Origin: Tubiluchus corallicola
Lineage: Eukaryota > Animalia > Priapulida
Direction of reading: 5' to 3'
Length of the DNA stretch: 64,000 nt
NCBI GenBank assembly: GCA_030141605.1
Contig: JAQGDQ010000280.1
Location: 119,510 to 183,509 of the forward strand
The translations under genes and the position numbers were made by a program. The notes beneath the pieces are model-generated. The model searched no databases. It was not told the origin of the DNA and was given only the letters and a program-made list of their open reading frames with translations. Below, in pieces: positions 38,559-51,311 of this stretch. Positions within the stretch are counted from its first letter, which is position 1. Every line of letters begins with the position of its first letter.

Positions 38559-40253
38559 TTGCAGGTAAAAACTTAAATTGTTTTAAGAGTGGATCGAGGT
38601 TATGTCATGTAGAGACACAATTTGAAATTGTACAACAGTGAGACAGACATTACATCTTTTCATCAGCATCCTTGCACTATTCAGCAGCAGAGTGGTACTC
38701 GTTTATTCTGGATCAGGTCGCTGACACTGGGTGTGATCAAGCATACCTGTTGGGATTACGACAGGTGAGCCCTACCACAGGTAAAAGTGCAAAACTTCAA
38801 TCGTTCGCTCACTAATAGGATCTGGGAAAGTATTTGCCTCGAATCGCTCGTGGCTATGCACGTTATCCGTGGATTAGCTGCAAGGGATTATCTCGTAATT
38901 ATTGCAAGAAGATTGAAAGAGTAAACAGGGGCCCGGTAAGATAAGCGGGTGAAACGTGTTAACATCAGACGGCCAAAATGATGGCCATATTGAATTCTGC
39001 TTTAATTTTGTTTGCGCTAAGCAAAGATCGTAATTAGAGAACAGGCAGAAAGCATACGCAATTTGAGATTGATGATAAAAGGTAAAAAGGACAATGTTGT
39101 TTATTGTGAAGAAAAAAGTGAAGATTCCGAGATTCCGAGTAAGGATGAAGTATACATTGAGTAGGTCCTTGCATAGATGTTGAACAGCAGTGAAAACAAC
39201 AGTTGGTTAAGTACAAGATACAGACTCCACTTGAAGATTGCATCAAACGCTTACACGGCTGCTACTTAACTGCAATCGTTTGCATAACCGTAAATTTTAC
39301 TTAAAAGCAATGTATAAGCACATTTTTACTGCAAACACAATGCACGTTTGCAGCCTTCGCAAATTTTCAGATAAAGTTGAGACACAAAAATTTTAAATTT
39401 CTCCCAGACAGGAAAACGTGATGATGATTGTTCCCTGTTTCTCTTACAGGTGATTAGCACATTTAGATATTTTGGAAAGAGGTCGCTTTAGCTAGTTTCA
39501 ACATTTATCCGAAAACATGTTACTATTTGGAGGGGGTTCTTATAACGTAATCAATTTCTGATTGGCAGGCCGAATTTTTCTACCACTCGTGAGCAGAACA
39601 TTTGACGTGACGTGAGCAGACATGTTTGAAATGATTGCAGAATCGTGCAGATTCCCTAATTTCAGACGAAATAGCAGAAATCTTATTTTCTATGTTATGT
39701 AGCTATGGCACCTTACCTTTTTCAGATGCAGTGACTACGCAGTAAAACGACATCTCTTTGAACAATGTGAACTTTCACCGGCCATTATGAAAACTACATT
39801 ACACAATCACCTCTTAAAAAGGGTAAAGCCTAGTAAACAAAGTCCACTTGCTCCACGTTAAAAACGAGAAAAACATCGCACTCGTATTTTTTCAGAATTT
39901 CATACCCAGCTTCTAAATCACGCTATTGCCTTAACACCACCGTTAACGTCAGACCAGCTCCACGGCCAAGGTTCCACTGATTGCTGTTCTACCAACTAGT
40001 GCAGCAGAGCGAGTAGGCAACCGAGCCAGGCGACCAAGCAGAAAAACGACGGAGATGAACAGCTTTTGTAGAGGAGATCAGCAACACGTGAACAAACTTG
40101 TGCCCATAAAGGTTAGAGAAACTAGCAACAGACAGAACATCTTTTATACTTCATGTTTGGACAAAGATTTAAAATCTGGGCTATCTGACAACACGCGGTG
40201 GTCTGAGATGGCATCACATTGACAGAGGCATCAAAAGGGAGTGATAGAGAAAC

Positions 40254-40478
<225 letters not shown>

Positions 40479-41954
40479 GTAACTTGTCACTTGCTCCCAA
40501 TTCCCACACTGTTTAAAAATACAAAACTGCAAAATGTAAAGTTTCAGCTTTCATACAAAGTTAAAAATTTAGCACCAGTTGATGCATGATGTCGTCAGAT
40601 TTTCTTCCCACAGAAGATATTTAAGGAGGTGTCATGAACTCTGAAAAGTGAAATATTAAGGAATCTTAACAAAGTTCCAAAATTTCGAAGGTTTTACCAA
40701 GTTTTCCCTAGCGAGACTGTAGGTACAGTATAACACGCCAAAACAGAATCTCAACAAATTTACAAATTAGGAACACCTCGGGCGGAGAATACTCAAGAAA
40801 TGTGAAGGGCACTTAGCTACACAGGTAACAATAGTTAATTAGCTTAGTGCAAGACAAGCTCACTATAGCTCACATATTTCATCTGCAAACTACGTTCACA
40901 CGATTAGTCTAAAAATGGCCAACGGAGATGTTGGACTGACGTTTTCACGATCAACTACCGGATCTATTAAGCGAAATAACCAACCCGACGAGTATATAAT
41001 GCCAGCCCAGAGCGTGTAAAGGTCATATCTGGGCAGGATAACCCGACAAGGGGGCGTTATTTTCCACTGCTAACCTATTATTACAAGAGAAAGTTAAGTG
41101 GGAAAATGTGATGGATTCACATCAGTGAAATGAGTATTTTAAACAGAGGAAACCGATGTGCCCAATTGGAAAAAAGGTAACTACGTCGCCTTGATTTGGT
41201 TGACAAGACTGTTATACTAGGTGGCGCATATTCGAATAGCTTGAAAATTACCACGCGGATGTTACAGGAGTAAAATAAAGTCTGTGGTAGTGTAAATGAT
41301 AGTGGTTACAGCTGCAGGCTGGTTATTGTTGTTTGTTGTGCCCGAAGTGCGGGCCTCAATTCCTTTTGTCTAATTACCTAATGCGCACTGAGGTCCTGCG
41401 CATAGAGGTTACATCATCAATCTATACTCTTGACTAAGTAGATCGAACATCAGCTGATCACCATGTGGTATGCCACACCTAACTCTGCTTCTAGCAAAGA
41501 CGATATTTTAATCTTGAATTATCAATTTAATAGTTTCATTAATAGTTTGATTTTAAATCATCATTCTAATCAGCTTTCCTTTACTACAGTTGCTCACGTA
41601 CAAACACTAAAAAGTTAAGGTCATTCTTTTGGATTTTTCCAAAGACACGGAAGTCTTAACACAAGAAGACAAAAAATAAATAAATAAAAATAAGTCAGAA
41701 AAACAAGTCACTGTTTTTAAAATTAACAAGAAATGTTCTATTTGTTCACCATTTTATTATAAACTATTCGAAGGCGGTTCTTCCAACAGGTGACACAGTT
41801 TCTTACTTTTTTAAGGTGTATTTGATCCCAGCACCAACAACGTTTGCCTTTAGTTCCTCTGCAACAAACGGTTCTGCACGGCCGTGGTGCACTTTCTCTG
41901 GGAATTGAGAATTCATATGTTAAGTCCCATTCTTTTCTTGACAGCAAATGCTTG

Positions 41955-42495
41955 TCAGTACTTTATTTGTTTGTCTTAAAGTCCATGATGTACAGTTGTT
42001 GATTTGTTTATCAGTACTTTATTTGTTTGTCTCAAAGACCATGATGTACAGTTGTTGATTTGTTTATCAGTACTTTATTTGTTTGTCTCAAAGACCATGA
42101 TGTACAGTTGTTGATTTTTTATCAGTACTTTATTTGTTTGTCACAAAGACCATGATGTACAGTTGTTAATTTGTTTATCAGTACTTTATTTGTTTGTCTT
42201 AAAGACCATGATGTACAGTTTTTGATTTGTTCATAAGTACACTTTATTTGTTTGTCTTAAAGACCATGATGTACAGTTATTGATTTGTTATTCTGTACTG
42301 TATTTGTTTGTGGCAAAAACCGTGATGTACAGTTGTTGATTTGTTTATCAGTACTCTATTTGTTTGTCTAAAAGACCATGATGTACAGTTGTTGATTTCT
42401 TTATCAATACTCTATTTGTTTGTACACTTGTAGATTTGTTTATCAGTACTTTATTTGTTTGTCTCAAGACGGTGATGTATAGTTATTGATTTCTT
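41955..42495. repeat. 56-bp minisatellite, about 9-10 copies
   Basis: Unit tcagtactttatttgtttgtctcaaagaccatgatgtacagttgttgatttgttta. Confidence 0.9.
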
Positions 42496-44670
42496 TATTG
42501 TTTTGCTGCCATGTAATGAGTGCTTGTGCTTCAAATATGTCGACGTAAAGATGATTTTTGTCAATAAGTGATGATTAGCTGACATTGTTCCACCATTTAC
42601 ATTTTTAAGGTGCAAAAGTTTTTCAGGCTTGAAGTTACTAAAAACAAACTTATAACTGTCACAGCCAAAAGTCAATGTATTGTTGTATAACGCAGTGAAA
42701 TCTAAAATTTTGTACTGCACTGGCTTTTAATGTTGTTGTAGTCTAAACCACGGTGCATCTTTTCTATGCCACCGCTATATAATGTTGAAAAAAGCTTTAA
42801 GATATTGTCCAGATTTCGTTGAAAAGGCGCTTAGATACTGTGTGTGTCCGATGCTTTTGCAAGGAGAGCAATAGTCAAACAGAACACCGGGAATGTTCCC
42901 AGATCGGGGAAAATCCTACTTGTCATACTACTACGACCATGCAAGCGAAAACAGGCTGTAGTTAGGTTTAAAAATCTACACTAGATTAACTTTTTCAGTA
43001 ATTATCATGAAGCTTCCTAACAATGTAGGTTAGACTACGATAATCCAGTCACTGCAATTTGCCTGTACGAACATAATCATCCAACTTTTTGCGATCCAAT
43101 TTTTCAAAAGCAATGACCGTATATTAGTGTCAAGTTGTTATTAATAATCGCCACCAGAATTCTATTACTCAAAATGATAATTTCAAACTTTAGTCAGGTT
43201 TTTGATCCTAATGGCACCGTGAAAACCCGCTCAACAACCTTAGGGTGACAAAAGAGAAAAATTGCCATTAGCTGCCAAGGATTCAATCTTGGATACATGA
43301 TTGCCACTTGCGTGTGCAGCATAATGCCTCTAACCAGTTCCTCCAGACGATATTTCTCTTAAACTAGCGACTTGCACTAATTCCTGGGATTATCCACATT
43401 TCATACAACAATCTCTTCATCCACGTGGAAAGATTGGTGAAAGCTCTGCAGCATAAAGTTGTTCCACCTGTCTAGCGAGGCCCACTGTTTAGCACCAGGG
43501 CAGGTGAAAACAGGGATTCGTTTAAATTGTGCAGTACACCACTATTACAGCTGTATTACCACCAGCACCACCGCAATCACTAATATCAACAACACTAACC
43601 AGAGGCATAACAACATATTACGACGCCCTAGGCTGATAGTTCTGTCCCACCCATCTCTATTGTGAATTTATGGTTATTTATTTAATGAGTGGATTAACAA
43701 TTACTTGTGGTGTATTAGAAACACTATTAACCTAGTTTCTACTTGGTCATTATTAATTAAACATGCGCTTATATTCGACCAAGCTGCGCAACTGCTTGCT
43801 GTAAAATACTTTGCATCCATTCGTTATGTGGTGCTTATATTAAATTTGCAGTCAGTAACTGCCTGTGGTGTGTTATAAAATGCGGCATTTACACGAATAT
43901 GAAAGTATACACATTTTCCGAGAATAAGAATTTTTTCTAAAGTTTGACGCCCTCAAACTTTGGCGCCCTAGGCTACAGCCTAGTTAGCCCATTGGTATGG
44001 CTTTCAATAGGATACGTATGGAAATTGCGTTTTATTTTTATTACCTATCTTATAGTTTGCGCTAAACTAAATTTTTTCGTACATTTCATGTTTTTACAAA
44101 TAAAAAGGCGATACGAAACGTACCCAGGAAAGTCTCCAATATCAACAATGGTGCCACTAACTTATTTAGCTACGAATTCACCAGCAAAACCCAAGCATGA
44201 ATGCACAATGCTGCTGAGTAATTCGAAACATTTAACCCACCTACGTTCAACAGTAGTGACCCTCACTTCACGTGTGAAGCAAAATATTGGTTTTTTCTAC
44301 CTGGGTAAACACTGGCCTTTTAGAAGCTTTCAGGGTGTGTAAAAAGAAAATCAACAGAGCAGGTACTGGCCCTGGCGTCAAATGAACTGGCTAAATCGAG
44401 TGTACATATTTTTCTTCAAACTTTATCAACTTGATCCAAAACCACCAAGAGACATAAACAAATGATTTGCCCCAGGGATGTGACATCAGTGACAACAACA
44501 TTAGTTGAGAATTTCCACTACCATTTTTTGCCAAAAGTTTAACCTTGACATACAAAGATTTTTGTACACCAAAAATACCGATGTGTAGTGAATACTCTTG
44601 TAATTTTGGTCTTTTTTATACAGCTAAAAGCTATAGCGACACTCAAGCAAGCGATCGGACAAACTCAGTT

Positions 44671-45105
44671 GATTGTGTAAACACGAGTTTAGAATAAAGA
44701 ATGCTCTAAAATATTGAAAACTACAATAGCTTATTGAAATCAAAGCTTACTTTAAATAGTAATTACCTCGGATATTCAAATTTCGTTGAACTATCACAGC
44801 TACTCGGGGCTCAGTGAATCTAATAAGACTGGCAGCGGCGTCACATTTGCGTGGTCGCCAAATAGAAGGGGGTACCGTGATAAGCATGATCATGAACTGC
44901 ATTGTTAGTTTCTGACGTGTTATGACGTAGACCCCATTTTCGTGACATCATGCGTTTAAACAGTACTATAACACTTATGCAAACGTGCTTGATGCGCAAG
45001 GGAAGATGCCTGCCTTTGCGTGGTCGACAAATAGAAGACCACGATCATGATAAGTGTAAGTTTTGACGTTATATGACATAGAGCCCATTTTCGTGACTTC
45101 GCGAA
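44671..45105 (-). mobile_element. Family A MITE, truncated, with internal duplication
   Basis: Homologous to 46360-46700; the caaatagaag...gagcccattttcgtgac segment occurs twice. Confidence 0.75.
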
Positions 45106-45568
45106 ATAGTCAATCAAGGAATTATTAGTGTAATGTATTGCAAATGATAGCAATAGTACTCCAAGCGTAAACCAGTTCTCCACTGTGAGGCCAAACATAT
45201 TCACTCATTCCAACAGGCCAATAAATTATAATCTCGGCTTCCGTCTACTGTTAAAGAACAGGCGAACAATAGAGCCAGCAAAATTTATACGAATTTAACA
45301 GGGCATCGCGTCAGCGTTGGACAACACACACAGGCAACAGAACGTAATTCATCAGGACAAAAGCTCCTTCTTCTCCTCTGACAGCTCTTACTGGCTGATT
45401 TATGGGACAAACAGCAAACAAGGAATTTGGGATGTGGGAAATTTCACGTTCACGTCAGAATAACATTAGCAGGCCCATGCAATATCAAACTGTGCATGCA
45501 TAGTTAGTTATGCACACATTACTGTTTGCTGATAAAAAGGACTTTTTGAGCCAAGTTGCAGTAATTAA

Positions 45569-46207
45569 AGGAAAACAGGATGATTTTTCACATCCTCCCC
45601 ACTTTAAAGTAGAGTAAAAAGTATACATTTCAAAACCTGTAATAATGCCAAAGGGCTTCTGGTAATTAAATAATTTATTTAAAAACTTAATTAACAGCAA
45701 ACGATAATAAGTGAAAATCTTAGTTAACGGCGGGCGAGCCCCACTAGTGATGACATCACAAATGAATACAATTTTCAGCAGCACAAACATCCATGAGCGT
45801 GTTGCACGTGTTTGCGAAAAGTGAAAATTGAAGTACAGCGCTATTGTGCAACTTTCAGTGTGATACACAAAAACTGGGCAAATTTTAAGCTTAAAATAAA
45901 AATGTCAAATTAGCTCTCGAGCGTGTGACCTACGTCACAATTGAACACCTCTGAAATGAGAGGCGCAACAGCTGCTTTTTTCCAACGCTTCTGTGCGAGA
46001 TGCAGACGACGTTAGTGCCCGTCTAACTAGCTAATGGCGAAATGCATGTAACAGCAAAGAACTAGCCGCACAAATGTGAAGTTGTGTTTTTCTGTGATAA
46101 TAATTCTTTCATGAAAGTCATTCTTGGAAAAACAGTATAATATCCTTTCAATATTTTGCAGGTTAGATTGTTTTGAGTCGTAGTTTAAGAATGGGTCCGG
46201 TTTTCCA
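45569..46207 (-). mobile_element. Kolobok-type MITE family B
   Basis: TTAA|AGGAAAACAGGATGATT...TCCGGTTTTCCA|TTAA. Confidence 0.8.
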
Positions 46208-46339
46208 TTAAGTCTAACAATGACGATCCATTTTTGAAAAGATTGCTATGACCATAAAGCAGTTTAGATAAATATAATGGGAATATTGTACCTTCATTAT
46301 TTTGACCCCCTGCTTATTTATTAGGTAAGTTAACTTTAA

Positions 46340-46877
46340 AGGAAAACCGGATGATTGTTAGCACATTAGTTCAGAATAAAGTATGCTCTAAAATATTGAA
46401 AACAACAACAGCTTTTTAAATCAAAGCTTAGATTAAATAATAATTACCTCGGATACTCAAATTTCGTTAAGCTCTCAAAACTACGCGCGGCTCAGTGAAT
46501 CTACTAAGATTGGCAGCGGCGCCTTTTTGTCACATGCGCGTGGCCGACAAATAGAAGGCGATGCCGTGACAACCATGATCATGATTGGTGTTAGTTTCTG
46601 ACGTCATATAACATAGAGCCCATTTTCGTGACTTCACGCGTTTAAGCAGTAACACTTACGCAAACGTGCTTGACGAGCAAGGGAAGATGCCTGCTATTGC
46701 ACAAACTGTGGTTAGTTTCTGACGTAAGCAATAGTTGTGTTCGGTTGCCGTTAATTAACTTTCTAAGCTAATTATTCAAATATAAGGAAAAATTGTTAAC
46801 TTTTGTAGGCAAGAAAATGTATATTTTGGACAGCAAATTAAAATGAGATTGAGTCTAAACAATCGTCCGGTCTTCCT
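46340..46877 (-). mobile_element. Kolobok-type MITE family A
   Basis: TTAA flanks, same TIRs, inverted relative to the 10321 copy. Confidence 0.85.
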
Positions 46878-47131
46878 TTAATATACGGATCCCACTTGTG
46901 TGCACTTTATCTTGCGATCAATCCACCAGAAGAGATTGTGGCCGTAAGTCAAAGACTACCTGTGCTTGCCGACTAACGTACGACGTCACACTACCACAAA
47001 TAATAATGGTGGATTTTATACAAAAGAGTACTTAATCACTCCACTCATCTGAATCCACGCCCTCCGTTTCCTGCTCCACATCACCCTGGAACTGGAGCTT
47101 GCCGTGCATAGCCTGGATTAGCTCGGTTTCT
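46878..47131 (-). pseudogene. Duplicated fragment of CORO7 last exon (32 C-terminal codons plus stop) and 3'UTR
   Basis: Reverse complement reads ETELIQAMHGKLQFQGDVEQETEGVDSDEWSD* and continues with UTR matching 10211-10320. Confidence 0.9.
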
Positions 47132-47693
47132 ACTAGATAATTCTAAACATTACTAAACATACTTAGTAATGTTTAACACCAAGTATGTTTAGTACTAAAC
47201 ATACCTTTAATGCTAAACATTCAAATATTACCTGGTTAAAACGTGTTGAATTTCCTGCATCGGTTCTAAGACGAGCTGTGATAAATAGCGCTAAAAAGTG
47301 CCACAGGACAAACACTTAGCCGTAACGGTTGAAAGTGAAGTTCATTTTTTCAAACGGACAAGCCAATTGTAGAAAAGTAGTTGGAATAATGTTCTTTTTT
47401 TGTACTTGCATTCCACAGTGAAGTCTTAATTTGTCAAAACGCTGGTCTTTTCTTTACCGTATCAGATCTTGTGTGGAAAAAGCCATTCAAGTGTTGCGGA
47501 AAGCCATTACAAGTGTTTTCTACAAAAAGCCCACCAATGGATGAACACGAACAAAGTGTCCTCTCATCTTGGGAAATTTAAAGCTCTAAATCTCTTCAAG
47601 TTTATTAAACTAGTTACAGACTTGCATCTTGAGTAATGTGGCCTTTGGAGATTTATAGTTCTTTATTCTTAATTATGCAATCTGCATTATTAA

Positions 47694-48241
47694 AGGAAAA
47701 ACGGACCATTGATTAAACTCAATCTCATTTTAATTTACTGTCCAACACATACATTTTCTTGCCTATAAAAGTTAACAATTGTTCTTTAAATTTGAATAAT
47801 TAACTTAGAAAGTTAATTAACGGCAACCGAACACAGCCATTGCTTATGTCAGACACCAACCGCAGTTTGTGCAATGGCAGACGTCTTCCGTTGCAATTCA
47901 AACACATTTGCATAAGTGTTACAGTACTGTTTAAACGCGTGATGTCACTAAAATGGGCTCTACGTCATATGACGTCAGAAACTAACACTGTAGTTCATGA
48001 TCATGGTTATCAAGGTACCGCCTTCTATTTGTCGGCCACGTGAATGTGACAAAAAGGCGCCGCTGCCAATCTTAGTAGATTCACTGAGCCGCGCGTAGCT
48101 TTGAAAGTTTAACCATATTAGAATATCCGAGGTAACTATTATTTAAACTAAGCTTTGATTTACAAAAAGCTATTGTAGTTTTCCATATTTTAGAGCATTC
48201 CTTATTCTGAACTCGTGTTTGCACAATCATCCAGTTTTCCT
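47694..48241 (+). mobile_element. Kolobok-type MITE family A
   Basis: TTAA|AGGAAAA...TTTTCCT|TTAA; internal sequence homologous to the 10321 copy. Confidence 0.85.
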
Positions 48242-48542
48242 TTAACTTTATGCAGCAACTAGAGTAGTCTCGGGTTAACAGACAACTTTGTTGTTATTCT
48301 ACACGTGCTTCAGCCTACTAAAGATTTCATCAAGGACTATAAAACAATCAAATATGACATAGATACATAATTCACCTAAACGCAGCTATACAAAGTTACA
48401 CAGGTTACGCATTGAGTATCAGTTATAAACATTTGAAAAAACTTACCATAATTCTACTAAATTTTCGCAAAAAGTTGGATTTTTAAGCAGAACTATTTTA
48501 CAACTTTACACTGTGATATCAGGCCACAATTTACTGTATGCA

Positions 48543-48705
48543 GGCTTGCGGCAGACGTTAGATCGTAACCAGTGGCCTGCGGAAGACGCTAGATCGTAAC
48601 CAGTGGCCTGCGGAAGACGCTAGATCGTAAACAGTGGCCTGCGGAAGACGCTAGATCGTAACCAGTGGCCTGTGGCAGACGCTAGATCGTAACCAATGGC
48701 TTGCG
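48543..48705. repeat. 31-bp tandem repeat, about 5 copies
   Basis: Unit ggcctgcggaagacgctagatcgtaaccagt. Confidence 0.9.
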
Positions 48706-50480
48706 ATCACAGTGCTGTAGTTCTTGTATTTGTAGTTCTCAACTTCTAAAAGTTTGACGACAACCATTAACATCTCAAAGTAAGTGTACAAAGTTAAAAA
48801 AACACAACAACGGGGCTATCAAAAAATGGGAAAAATCCCGCTTGCTGCTGTACAGCTAACGATCTCTCGGCCATCTTTTCGATTGCGCTCAATTTCAATA
48901 ATACGAACTGCATTTTACACATTCGTATTTTTCATCTGAAGACTGACACTCGTAAAACACACGAGTCAATTTGTCTTCGATTGTTTCGCTTAGACCACAG
49001 TTACATCAAGTCGTAAAAACGTTCACGAATGACTGATTCAGTTACCAGATGACGTAACCATAATTATCCCATTTTGCAAGGTCATAAAACAGTATTTACA
49101 TGTTTTTTACGAGCGCTGGCATTAATTACACGCAGCGCACGAGTTATTAGTACAGTTAGCAGATGAGCGAATATGCGGTATGTCGTTCACTTATGCAACT
49201 TAACTGGCAGAAATGCAGATCTGTGTACGCATCGAAATTAATCTAGGGTGTATTTGCAGCTATTAAGTAACTAACTAAGCAATTTGTTGTCATCATAGCA
49301 TAATACAAACATTACATGACAAAACATGTTAACATAACATAACAAAACATACATGAAATTTTTGTGGCTTTGCGTACTGAATTAACTTATGGAAACAACA
49401 AGGAGATTAACACAAATAATTCAATCAATTGTACAGTGACACAGAGAATTAATATTGGAGATTTACTGAAATTCATCTATAACTCTAAAAGAATCGAAAC
49501 TATCATCCTTTTCATTAGTTAGATTATGATTGTGAATGACAGAATGCTCCTAAACAATTGCGCTTTATTTTACCATCCCAGGTCTCGAGTTCAAATCTCG
49601 ACTAGTTCACAATTTTTCAGCGCCCCTTTTCTTTCTTTCGACTCACTCGCAATGGGTACAAAGGTACAAATGAATTCGAGACCTGGGACCGTGCTTTGCC
49701 AGCTGAAATACCAAACAAACATGATAGACAATTGTTCCTTTTTCTAAAATAAAACACATGTGCGATATGAAAGATATATTCTGCCTTCTAATGGGAAAAC
49801 CCGACAAGCGTAAGACTGGTAATGCAGTTCTATTTTTCTCTACTTATCTATAAACTTAACAAATTTAATTGCACAAATCTTTTCCTCCCGTTTTCTGGTT
49901 AATACTACACGCCACGCCCTCTCCTTATTTGGTCATGCCAATCACCAGTCAACCAGGTTGTGGATCTAGTTATAGCAAGTGTAATCACCTTTATATGACT
50001 TTCGATGACCCACTAATAACGAGGTTCCATTATCACCCGCGAAGCCTGCACGGAAACAAAATCGAACTGAACTGATATCTTTCACTTTCCCAGGCTTCTT
50101 TGAACTACTCTACTCGTAGAATTATGAAAAGTCTTGACGCCAGTATTAATGAGTCTGCCAACCGTGTCAGATAGACGATAAATTTTACAGTTTCACCCTA
50201 ATACGGCTAATCAAGCGGCGGAGGAAATTGCCAGTAAAGTACTTAACGGCGAGTGAGCACTTTGTTGGCTTAAAGACTTCTAATAAATAAGCATTTGAGA
50301 CGGGTATTCATAGAAAGATACGCGCGTTTCAGGTTAAAACAAACAATCACACGACGTATGAAATATTTAATTATTAATTCTGATTCCGTGCAAAAAACAT
50401 ATTGAGATGCAATTGTTGATTGTTTGTAACGAAATTTCTGATTTGATACGACCACACTGTGGAATCGAAAACGAATAGGA

Positions 50481-50641
50481 AACAATTGTTCCTTATATTT
50501 TAATAATTAGCTTAGAAAGTGAATTAACGGCAACCGAACACAGCTATTGCTAACGTCAGAAACTAAACACAGTTTGTGCAATAGCAGGCATCTTCCCTTG
50601 CTCGTCAAGCACTTTAGCGTAAGTGTTACTGCTTAAATGCG
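50481..50641 (+). mobile_element. Family A MITE fragment
   Basis: aacaattgttccttatattt...gcttagaaagt...caaccgaacacagctattgc matches 10401-10510. Confidence 0.75.
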
Positions 50642-51068
50642 CCCCCTCCCCTCAAAAAAAAATATCAAAAAACGCAAAGTGAAAAGAGTCCGCAACAAGT
50701 TAATTCCAGTAATGTTACAAGATCGTTATCTTTGCAATAAAACCGACTTACTAATTCCAAATTTTGAGTGAAATAATTGGATTTCAGGCCATCTTCCATC
50801 TGCTGAATCGCCAGATAAATTAATGTAGCAAATCCCTGGATTTGAAACACATCAGATTAGCATAGCAACTCCATTTTCTTCTATTATAAAGTAATTTGGT
50901 CTGATCGCCGAGGGAATGAAAGCTATATGCGCAATGACTGCACTTACTGAATGTGCAGTGAGAACAATATGCAAGTTCTAGGAAGCAAAACCAAACCAAA
51001 TGAGAGAAAGAGAGCAAAGACTAGATCTATTTGCACAGGCGATGTCATTGTCATCCACGTCGAGTTTG

Positions 51069-51091
51069 TCATCATCGTTAGCACCATCATT

Positions 51092-51155
<64 letters not shown>

Positions 51156-51311
51156 CCATCACCACCACCACCACCATCATCACCACCACCATCATCATCA
51201 TCATCACCATCATCACTATCATCTTCGTCGTCATCATCATCGTCGTCGCCGTCGTCGTCATCATCATCGTCACCGTCAATATCGTCGTCGTCGTCGTCAT
51301 CACCATCATTC
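51069..51311. repeat. (CAT/CAC/CGT)n microsatellite
   Basis: Direct observation. Confidence 0.95.

Noticed and set aside
39712-39753. Minus-strand ATG...AAAG|GTAAGG mini-exon (MSFYCVVTASEK) as MCC first exon
   Set aside because: Phase 1 is incompatible with the phase-0 acceptor at 35669
45569-47131. Larger duplication including the family B MITE (same A-then-B order as 10.3-12.3 kb)
   Set aside because: The intervening sequences are unrelated and the B copies are clearly more diverged than the CORO7 fragment, so independent insertion is more likely
48936-48978. CTGAAGA plus hairpin as another hammerhead
   Set aside because: No GAAA box or stem III/cleavage triplet in the right place
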